Positions 1 through 6,834 of a stretch of DNA of 10,220 bases are shown in pieces. The position numbers and the translations under genes were made by a program. Each line of letters starts with the position of its first letter. The stretch's first letter is position 1. The stretch covers positions 1 to 10,220 of the forward strand of contig CAXTKV010000187.1 of NCBI GenBank assembly GCA_964244895.1, read 5' to 3'. The notes under the pieces were generated by a model that saw nothing but the letters and a program-made list of their open reading frames with translations, did not search any database and was not told the DNA's origin. Origin of the DNA: an uncultured Deinococcales bacterium. GTDB taxonomy: Bacteria; Deinococcota; Deinococci; Deinococcales; JAAFIG01.

Positions 1-40
1 GGATCGGATGCCGGTGTGAAAGCCGTTAGCCACACTTCGC

Positions 41-2950
41 TTGACACGCCCGAACGAGGCGTCAGTTGAAACGATTGCTGGCGCGGTGAACCTTTCCAGC
101 CAGCCGGGCTCGGTCTCGGCAACTGGCATCGTAGACCAACCTGGAACATCGCTCGAGTTCGCGCGGCTGAGCCCGTCTTCAAGGCACGCCCTGAGCTACG
201 CCGACGCCCTGCGGCGCGAGTCCAAACAAAGCAAAATTCACATGGAGCACCTGCTCGACGGCCTGTATGACAAACCGAGCGGGCCGACGCGAAAAGCGTT
301 CGAACGCACCAATCTGTCCTACCAAGACATCGTTGCCATCGTGTCGAAGGCACTCAACACGCCCCTGTCGGCATCGCGCCTTTCGAGCGTGCCACCGATC
401 TCTGACTTGCCTCCGTGTTCCAAACACGTCGAGGAGGCGCTTCAAAACGCCTACCGCGGTGCGGACGCCCGGAACGATACGGTGGTGCGCTCTCGAGACC
501 TCCTGGCAGGGGCGTGGGTCGTCAAGGATTGCACGGTCATTCAGGCACTCGCACAAGCAGGCGTGACGGACGCGATCGTGCTCGAGGCGATTGCCGCAGA
601 CGTGCCTGATGGCTTTCCGCGTCCCGACAGTTTCGATGCCTACAGGTCACCGACAGCTCCAGTGGCGATCGGCGCAGCAACGGTGTCCGCCGGTTTCTCG
701 TCCGATCTCGTGCGCCGAACGAGCGGTCAGCCTCTCAGCGATGAGCTCGGTGCGCGCGATGAGGTCAACGCCCTGTGTTCCGTGATCGCCTCGAGCGATG
801 TGCAACCGCCGTTGTCCATCGGGCTCTTCGGCGAGTGGGGCAGCGGCAAGAGCTACTTCATGAAGCTGATGCAGGAGCGCATCGAGTTGATCGCCGATCA
901 GAGCCTCAAGCGGCGCGAGGCGGAACACCAGGCGGCAAGCAACGACAAACGCCCCGAGCGACCCGTCTCGAGCTTCTGCGCGAACATCGTCCAGCTCGAG
1001 TTCAACGCTTGGCATTATGCCGACACGAATTTGTGGGCCAGCCTGGCCACCGAGATCTTCGAGGAACTAGATCGAAAGCTTGGTGAACGCAACGACCCGG
1101 CGGAACAGCGTGAGAAGCTCCTTCAGGAAGTCAAATCCCGACAGGACAAGCTGTTCGAGGCCGAAAAGCGCAAGCGGGAACTGAACGAGAAACTCGATGG
1201 CGTGCAGAAACTACTCGAGCAGCAGTCGGACCTCACCCTCGGACAGGACGCGCTGCGGGCTTCCCTGGAAAGCTTGAAGCATCTCGCGGTGACGGATCCG
1301 GATCTCCGAACCAGCCTCGAGACATTCGCTACGAAAGCCGGATTTGAGCAGGGCAAGATCGCCACGGCGGAATTCAGGTCGTTCCTGGTGGATCTCGAAG
1401 GGTTCTCTGGGACGCTCAGCGCCAGCTGGCGTTTGCTCGGGCAGTCGGCCAACTGGAAGATTCGCGCAGGGTTGTTCCTCGTGATTTTCGCGATACCGTT
1501 CGTCGTGCCGCCCCTCGTGGTGTGGCTCGGTGCCTCAGGCGTGACCGCCTGGGTGGCGGGCGGGCTGGCATCGGTTGTTGGGTTGGTCGTGCCGCTTATA
1601 CCGATCATCCGGAGTGCGACCGCGCTCGTTGGCAACCTCGAGACAGCCCGAAAAGAAGCGGCGGAGCGCCTCAGGGTTGCGCGCGAGGCGCGCGAGGCAC
1701 CGCTCAGGAAGGATCAAGAGCGCCTCAAAACGGAACTCGAGGCGGCCCGAGATCGCTTCGATGCGCTGAAACAGGAGCAGGCGGCGTTGGAGCAACAGAT
1801 CGCGGAGCTGCGCGCCGATCAGCAGTTGTACAAGTTCATCCGTGGGCGGCACGAGAGCAAGGATTACTCGCAGTTCTTGGGCGTGATCTCAAAGGCCCGC
1901 GAGGATTTCGAGAACCTCAGCGCGCTGTTCGAGAGGGCGCGCCAGGAGCCGGAGTTGGGCCTGCCGAAGATCGACCGGATCGTGCTCTACATCGACGACT
2001 TGGATCGCTGCCCGGAGGACAAGGTGGTGCAGGTGCTTCAGGCCGTTCACCTGCTGCTCGCCTTTCCGTTGTTCGTCGTCGTAGTCGGCGTCGACCCGCG
2101 CTGGTTGCTGCACTCCTTGCGAGAGCATTCCAGCGCCTTCAATGTCGCGGCGAACGGTGGCGATCCGGGTTCGGGACTCGACGCGTCGTGGGCATCCACG
2201 CCGCAGCATTACCTGGAGAAGATTTTTCAGATCCCGTTCGCTTTGAGGCCCATGGTAGCGACGGGCTTCGAGCGCTTGATCGATGGCATCGCACCCGCAT
2301 CGAAGCGCGCAAGTCAGGGTGCGGGAGGAATCGAACCGACCTCAGGCGGGGATCTCGACCCGCCCAATCGAGACACGAATGGCCCAAATCTACCGACTGA
2401 CAAATCAGAGTACAAAAATGATTCACCCAACGGCCAAGGTGGGCTCGAGAACCGACCTGCAGCTGGTCAACCCCTTGACTTGACCATCGACCTGCAACCG
2501 AAGAACCTCGAACTCACCGACGCCGAGCGGACGCTGATGAAGGCGCTTTACCCGCTGATTCCGTCACCACGTGCGGCGAAAAGGTTTGTGAACACGTACC
2601 GCCTGCTGCGTGCTACGCTCGCCCCGAGCGATCTCGAGGGCTTCGAATCGGTCGGCTATCGAGCGGCGCTCGTGTTGATGGCGGCACTGAGTGGTTTCCC
2701 ACTGGAGGCCGAGGAATTCTTCGAGCGGATTCGGCTTTCCAAGAGCACGCAGTGGACGGATTTTCTTGTCGAACTCGCGAAGCCTGCAAGATCCAATCTC
2801 GAGCACTGGCCTGAACTGCACCTTGCATTGGCCAGTTTGCAGTCCAATGACGGTGTGCTTCCCAGTGCGAGCGACTCGCCAGCCAGTTTCACCGGGTGGC
2901 TAGAACGTGTGCAGCGGTACTCGTTCCGCATCGGTCGGCCAGGCGTGTAA
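41..2950 (+). CDS. KAP-family P-loop NTPase with N-terminal double Clp-N domain, two TM helices and coiled coils
   Basis: Walker A GLFGEWGSGKS, KAP motif LEFNAWHY, Walker B IVLYIDDLDRC, and the motifs YLEKIFQIPF and SPRAAKRFVNTY. A hydrophobic pair (AGLFLVIFAIPFVVPPLVVWLG / AWVAGGLASVVGLVVPLIPII) is inserted between Walker A and B, as is typical of KAP NTPases. Clp-N-like repeats are LSPSSRHALSYA...IHMEHLLDGL and CSKHVEEALQNAY...VRSRDLLAG. The start is uncertain (TTG41 or GTG86, no clear SD). Confidence 0.92.
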   Translation: MTRPNEASVETIAGAVNLSSQPGSVSATGIVDQPGTSLEFARLSPSSRHALSYADALRRESKQSKIHMEHLLDGLYDKPSGPTRKAFERTNLSYQDIVAIVSKALNTPLSASRLSSVPPISDLPPCSKHVEEALQNAYRGADARNDTVVRSRDLLAGAWVVKDCTVIQALAQAGVTDAIVLEAIAADVPDGFPRPDSFDAYRSPTAPVAIGAATVSAGFSSDLVRRTSGQPLSDELGARDEVNALCSVIASSDVQPPLSIGLFGEWGSGKSYFMKLMQERIELIADQSLKRREAEHQAASNDKRPERPVSSFCANIVQLEFNAWHYADTNLWASLATEIFEELDRKLGERNDPAEQREKLLQEVKSRQDKLFEAEKRKRELNEKLDGVQKLLEQQSDLTLGQDALRASLESLKHLAVTDPDLRTSLETFATKAGFEQGKIATAEFRSFLVDLEGFSGTLSASWRLLGQSANWKIRAGLFLVIFAIPFVVPPLVVWLGASGVTAWVAGGLASVVGLVVPLIPIIRSATALVGNLETARKEAAERLRVAREAREAPLRKDQERLKTELEAARDRFDALKQEQAALEQQIAELRADQQLYKFIRGRHESKDYSQFLGVISKAREDFENLSALFERARQEPELGLPKIDRIVLYIDDLDRCPEDKVVQVLQAVHLLLAFPLFVVVVGVDPRWLLHSLREHSSAFNVAANGGDPGSGLDASWASTPQHYLEKIFQIPFALRPMVATGFERLIDGIAPASKRASQGAGGIEPTSGGDLDPPNRDTNGPNLPTDKSEYKNDSPNGQGGLENRPAAGQPLDLTIDLQPKNLELTDAERTLMKALYPLIPSPRAAKRFVNTYRLLRATLAPSDLEGFESVGYRAALVLMAALSGFPLEAEEFFERIRLSKSTQWTDFLVELAKPARSNLEHWPELHLALASLQSNDGVLPSASDSPASFTGWLERVQRYSFRIGRPGV

Positions 2951-3241
2951 TACTGACGCTACAAGCGACTGGCGATAGCCCGTTATCACAGCGACGCAGT
3001 CAAGCCGCCAGTCTGATGTTTTCGTCTGTTCCGAGGACACAACCCCCAGGCACGGATCAGTAGCCTCGCCGCACATCGCCTGGGGTTAAATCAGGCTGAC
3101 ATGCTGAGTACATAGACTTCTTGCGAACTGTCTAGAGATTCGCGCTCGGAACAGGGTTCCTTGCTTTTCTCTCCTCCTGTTTGACCTTCGATGAGCCGGG
3201 GGTGAGGGCTCTCGAGCGGAACCCCTCGAATTGCGCATGGT

Positions 3242-3895
3242 CTATTGGTCGTTCTGATTGGGACTTAGCGTTTGAAGAGACTCTATCTGATCTGTCGTCA
3301 GCGCAAACTTCGCGTCTCTTAGGCCGTTGATCACACGATCAATTGCCTCGGCGTTTGGCTTGGATTGGGTCACCCACCCCTCAAGGACATCTAGAATTGT
3401 GCAGTACGGTACGCCGAGGGCGGTGGCCGCCTTGCAGGCCTCCTCGTCGGATGAGATAAATCTCGCCCCACCGCGTTTGGCAATGATCAAGCAGGCGGCC
3501 TCGCCTCGTCCGATGCCATACTCGTTTTCGAGCAGAATTCGTTGGGCCAGCTCTTCAACTTCGAGCGTATCGATTATTAGACTGCCCCGCTCGAGGAAGC
3601 GGGGCAGCTGTGCTTTTGCATTGGCGAGCCAGGTCTCGTACCTGGCCGCCTCGCGGGCGGCCAGGGTCATCGCCTTGCGTTTGGCATAGCGCATGCCAAT
3701 AGCGAACTCACTCATAAGAGCCTCGTCGCCGTCGCTGAGTGGCAGGCTCTCCTCGTCGCGGTTGTAGACCTCTGCCGGAAGGCGCGCGCTCGGGACGCCC
3801 AGTCCGGTGAGCAGGACGTCCAATCCGTCTTCGAGACCGAACACGAAGCCGTGCAAGATCATCGTGTCGAGAACGGGTGGAGAATCTTCAGGCAT
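3242..3895 (-). CDS. PIN-domain protein (DUF3368/COG2405-like putative ribonuclease toxin)
   Basis: PIN acidic pattern: VLDTMIL (N-terminal Asp), PAEVY, GIGRGEAACLIIA, FISSDEEACKAATALGVPYCTILDVL. Its ATG overlaps the stop of the upstream gene by 8 nt (ATGCCTGA, 3888-3895). Confidence 0.85.
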   Translation of the reverse strand: MPEDSPPVLDTMILHGFVFGLEDGLDVLLTGLGVPSARLPAEVYNRDEESLPLSDGDEALMSEFAIGMRYAKRKAMTLAAREAARYETWLANAKAQLPRFLERGSLIIDTLEVEELAQRILLENEYGIGRGEAACLIIAKRGGARFISSDEEACKAATALGVPYCTILDVLEGWVTQSKPNAEAIDRVINGLRDAKFALTTDQIESLQTLSPNQNDQ

Positions 3896-5057
3896 GGAGG
3901 TAGAGGTTCTCGTCCGATTCGGGTTCGGTCTTCTCGGATTCGAGGCGCTCGCGCAGCTCGATCTGGCTGATGCCGAGGAGCCCAGCGGTCGCGGCCACGC
4001 TCAAGCGCTTCTCTTTGATGGCCCTGAAGGCGAGTTCGAGTGCGACCTGCGGCATTCGGTCCTCGAGCGGCAGCGGTCGCTCGCCGAACTCGTAGGGCGA
4101 GGGGTTGAAGCCGAGCTGCGAGGCCAGAACCACGGGCTTTACGCCCTCAAAGTCGCGGGGTGCGCCCTTGAAGCGGTTCTCGTCGCGCAGGCGGCGCAGC
4201 ATGGCGTGGTAGCTGACGTTGAAGTACCGGGCGAGGTGGACCGTCTGCTCGGGGGTGGTGACGTGTTCGACGCTCATCACCCACAACACGCGGGAAATTG
4301 CCTCCTTCGGAACGAGGAATTGCGCTGCGAAACGTTCGGCAAAGACCTCAACCGGATGGTGGTCTGCCGTGCGGCAGAGGATCGCCGGGAAGTTTTCGTA
4401 GTGGAAGAGGCCGTGGGCGAACTCGTGGGCGAGCGTGTACGGCCTGCGCGTGTAGGCCTTGTCCTCGTTCACACCGATCACAGGGCCGAGCGTGGGGTGC
4501 ACGAAGAACAGGCCGGACACGTCGTCCGAGCCCTTACCCAGCGGGACGGTGAAAACGCGATAGCCTTGCGCCTCGAGGAAGGCGCGCAAGTCGGCGATCG
4601 GGGCGACACCGAGGTCGAAGTGTCGCCGCGCCTGCTCGGCCCACTCCGCGACTTCATCATTCGCGTACTCCCGATCCGGCAGCGGCTTGAACGGCGATCG
4701 GGGGGGCTCGGGGAGTTCGGTCGCGCCGACATTCTCGTACAGGCGCTCGAGCGCGTGTACGCGGTCGATCAGACGACCAACGCCGATCTTGCCCGCGCTG
4801 GAAAGAGATTCGGCCTTAGCGCGGAGGGTTTGCTCCCACTCAACGGGTTGCTGGTCTTCGTTGAAGAAGAAGCCGACTGGGACTGCGTAGACCCGAGCGA
4901 GCCGCTCGAGGGTCAGGGCTTCGACGCGGCGCTTGCCGCTCTCGTACTGGTTCAGGGCAGCGGGACTGAGGTTGAGCGACTGGGCGGCGTCAGTCTGCGA
5001 GAGGCGGGCCTGGTTGCGGGCGAGCCGGAGTCGGGTACCGAGTCTCTCAGGGTTCAC
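3888..5057 (-). CDS. Xre-family HTH fused to ImmA/IrrE-family (M78/COG2856) zinc metallopeptidase, 389 aa
   Basis: N-terminal Xre HTH LGTRLRLARNQARLSQTDAAQSLNLSPAALNQYESGKR. Peptidase motifs RRPYTLAHEFAH (HEXXH at 4413-4427) and EVFAERFAAQFLVP, then LARYFNVSYHAMLRRL. Start reassigned to GTG at 5057 because an SD (GAAAGGAGGG, 5061-5070 on the minus strand) lies just upstream and the HTH begins there. Confidence 0.93.
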   Translation of the reverse strand: MNPERLGTRLRLARNQARLSQTDAAQSLNLSPAALNQYESGKRRVEALTLERLARVYAVPVGFFFNEDQQPVEWEQTLRAKAESLSSAGKIGVGRLIDRVHALERLYENVGATELPEPPRSPFKPLPDREYANDEVAEWAEQARRHFDLGVAPIADLRAFLEAQGYRVFTVPLGKGSDDVSGLFFVHPTLGPVIGVNEDKAYTRRPYTLAHEFAHGLFHYENFPAILCRTADHHPVEVFAERFAAQFLVPKEAISRVLWVMSVEHVTTPEQTVHLARYFNVSYHAMLRRLRDENRFKGAPRDFEGVKPVVLASQLGFNPSPYEFGERPLPLEDRMPQVALELAFRAIKEKRLSVAATAGLLGISQIELRERLESEKTEPESDENLYLHA

Positions 5058-5100
5058 GAACCCTCCTTTCACGGTTTGTGAAGTTTTGTCATCAAACCTC

Positions 5101-5133
5101 TTACATTTTAACAGATGTCTTGCTACCCTGCAA
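5101..5133. promoter_or_regulatory. Overlapping divergent sigma70-type promoters
   Basis: Minus strand: TTGCAG (5133-5128), 17 nt, then TAAAAT (5110-5105) with an extended TGn. Plus strand: TGn-TACCCT extended -10 (5121-5129) with a weak -35 TTACAT (5101-5106) 17 nt upstream. The segment is AT-rich and lies between divergent genes. Confidence 0.55.
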
Positions 5134-5137
5134 CCAG

Positions 5138-5180
5138 ACGACGGGTGGTATCCAAACACTGAGTTGATACCACCTGTAGT
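5138..5180 (+). promoter_or_regulatory. Stem-loop in the 5' leader of the small protein gene (or a DNA operator)
   Basis: Perfect 9-bp inverted repeat GGTGGTATC (5144-5152) / GATACCACC (5166-5174). It extends to 5138-5180 with one G-U pair and one mismatch, and ends about 11 nt before the SD. Confidence 0.55.
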
Positions 5181-5206
5181 GATCCGAAAGGAAGGAGGTG
5201 ATCGAA

Positions 5207-5374
5207 GTGGCATCGAACACGGGCAAGAGCTTCCGAATCGGAGCGCAGCGCGAACGCAGTCAGACGCAGAACCCGAAGACCGGTCTCTGGACGAAGCGCG
5301 ACACGGACTCAGGGCGTTTCACCGACACGAAGACGAGCAGCGGTCGGTTCAAGGGCGTCAGGCGCGAGAAGTAA
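5207..5374 (+). CDS. Small basic hypothetical protein, 55 aa (MASNTGKSFRIGAQRERSQTQNPKTGLWTKRDTDSGRFTDTKTSSGRFKGVRREK)
   Basis: Near-perfect SD AAGGAGGTGA (5192-5201), GTG at 5207 and TAA at 5372-5374. It is below the ORF-track size cutoff. From memory (unverified), the pattern RSQ..NPKT..WTKRD...GRF...K....FKGVR.EK matches a widespread uncharacterised small-protein family. Confidence 0.85.
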   Translation: MASNTGKSFRIGAQRERSQTQNPKTGLWTKRDTDSGRFTDTKTSSGRFKGVRREK

Positions 5375-5393
5375 ACGCGCCCATCGCGCTACG

Positions 5394-5440
5394 GGGGCGG
5401 ACAGGCGCACTTCAGGGGTGAAGTCAGGCTACCCCGCCCC
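5394..5440 (+). other. GC-rich nested hairpin downstream of the small protein gene
   Basis: Outer IR GGGGCGG (5394-5400) / CCGCCCC (5434-5440) and inner IR ACTTCA (5409-5414) / TGAAGT (5419-5424). There is no U-tract, so it is not a canonical intrinsic terminator. Confidence 0.35.
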
Positions 5441-5506
5441 ATGCAGTTCGCAAGACCCGTAATTACGCTCGTGGGTAGCGGCGACTCTTCGTCGCAGGGG
5501 GATCAT

Positions 5507-5713
5507 ATGTTCAGGCGTTGGAATGCATCGCATACGGTCGCACTCGTCGGGGTATTGCTCGGAGCGATCCTGCTCGGGCTGGCCATCGGTGGCGCAGAAG
5601 GTGCCAAGCTCATCGCGGGCTATATCGGCACCGGACTCGGTGTGTCCGTCGTGCTCGCGATTTTCGTCGGCGCAGCTGCTGTCGAAACCCGTCGTGACCC
5701 ATCGAAGGAATAG
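5507..5713 (+). CDS. Small membrane protein, 68 aa, two predicted TM helices
   Basis: ATG at 5507 preceded by AGGGGGA. Hydrophobic segments TVALVGVLLGAILLGLAIGG and LIAGYIGTGLGVSVVLAIFVGAAAV are Gly-rich, including GxxxG-type spacing. Confidence 0.65.
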   Translation: MFRRWNASHTVALVGVLLGAILLGLAIGGAEGAKLIAGYIGTGLGVSVVLAIFVGAAAVETRRDPSKE

Positions 5714-5720
5714 CACATCC

Positions 5721-5767
5721 CGCTGGCTCGAGGAGCTCGAAAGTACCGTGCAAGGCTCGAGCCAGCG
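5721..5767. repeat. Perfect 12-bp inverted repeat (possible terminator or processing hairpin)
   Basis: CGCTGGCTCGAG (5721-5732) / CTCGAGCCAGCG (5756-5767) with a 23-nt spacer, immediately after the membrane-protein stop. Confidence 0.5.
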
Positions 5768-5832
5768 AAGGCGAAACGAAGAACGCTCTGTGCAGGATAA
5801 CGAAATCAGAAAATGCGAGACTTTCTATTTCT

Positions 5833-6352
5833 TTGAGCGAGGATGATCGCGCCGTGACCAACAAGAACATCACACCGTTCACCCATCCCGCGTATTTTCT
5901 CGACGGCGTCGATCTCACTGACGGCTGGACGGTGGTCAATCGCGGGTCGTCGGCCAGGGCGGCCAGCGGGCATTTCTCAGTTGGGTATGACGTCGAGAAC
6001 GAGGATGGCCGAAAGGGGTTTCTCAAGGCGCTCGATCTCTCGGGGGCGCTCAACGCACCTAACGTGATGCTTGAGTTGCAGAAGCTCGGTGATCACTACA
6101 CATTCGAGGTCAACCTGCTCGAACTCTGCCGTCGGCGCCGGATGAACCGCATCGTGGTCGCTATCGCACACGGTGAACATCGGCGCGACGACACCATCAT
6201 CCCCGTCCCGTACATCATCTTTGATCGCGCCGACGGTGATGTCAGGACGCGCCTGTCGAGCCAGGGATTCGATCTCGCCTGGGTTCTGCGCTGCCTCCAC
6301 CACGTCACCACGGCCCTCAAGCAACTCCACACAAGCCGCCACGCGCACAACG
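5833..6352 (+). pseudogene. Truncated Hanks-type Ser/Thr protein kinase (N-lobe up to the catalytic loop)
   Basis: Gly-loop-like SGHFSVGYDV, beta3 Lys GFLKALD, alphaC Glu FEVNLL, hinge [13 protein letters not shown] and alpha[17 protein letters not shown] follows, and the expected D-x-K-x-x-N, DFG and C-lobe are absent. The start is TTG5833 or GTG5854. Confidence 0.8.
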
Positions 6353-6600
6353 CGAAGCGTGCCCAAGGACATCTAAGATCACGCGTTGCCCGATAGAGGT
6401 GGGTCCCCGCCGTGCGACGCAGCGTGTGTAAGCCCCATAATTCCGGCGGCAAACCCAATGTCTTGTAGTACCCGTTCGCGATGTAGCGCGCTCCGTCGGT
6501 CGTCAGCCGGCGACCACCACTTTGATTGGTCGAGGCAGACACGATCAACGCCGATTCCGTCTCGAGAATCTCGCCTCGCAGCACGAGACTGCGGCGGCCC
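6353..6600 (-). pseudogene. Tyrosine recombinase/integrase C-terminal fragment
   Basis: Reads [45 protein letters not shown] (H-x-L-R box), then after a frameshift at about 6374 DVLGHAS (LGH box). The catalytic Tyr and the N-terminal part are missing. The upstream boundary is approximate. Confidence 0.8.
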
Positions 6601-6826
6601 TGGCCAACGGGGAAGTGATCAAGGCATTCGCGTTCCGCGAGTCGATGCACTACCTCTCACCTGAGGAGGGCGGGATCTACTTGGCCCTCTGATCAGCAGG
6701 GCGGCAATGGGAGCTTCCAAGCCCGGTGGAATACTACCTGCTCACTCCATCGGACTGGCGCTCGCCTTCAGCGCTTACCTCGAGATCGCGACCGCGAACC
6801 GGGTGCTGGCCTTGTTGGGTAGTGAC

Positions 6827-6834
6827 AACCCTCC
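6827..6834 (+). repeat. Left target-site duplication AACCCTCC
   Basis: Identical to 8542-8549 and abuts the left IR. Confidence 0.85.

Noticed and set aside
1522..2400. 292-aa alternative-frame ORF and other short ORFs inside the KAP and transposase genes
   Set aside because: These are Arg/Gly/Ala-rich off-frame translations without motifs, fully overlapping well-supported genes.
3888..5057. Calling the peptidase the Deinococcus radiation regulator IrrE/PprI
   Set aside because: IrrE has peptidase-HTH-GAF order. This protein has an N-terminal Xre HTH and no evident GAF domain.
3807..5081. 424-aa plus-strand ORF
   Set aside because: It is the antisense shadow of the Xre-peptidase gene with no recognisable motifs, which is common in GC-rich DNA.
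5058..5213. 52-aa N-terminal extension of the 441-aa ORF
   Set aside because: It runs through the promoter region and into the divergent small gene. The SD and HTH start support GTG5057.
6096..6650. 184-aa minus-strand ORF as an intact gene
   Set aside because: It is a chimera: only ~6375-6600 is in-frame integrase-like sequence, and the rest is frameshifted or antisense to the kinase.
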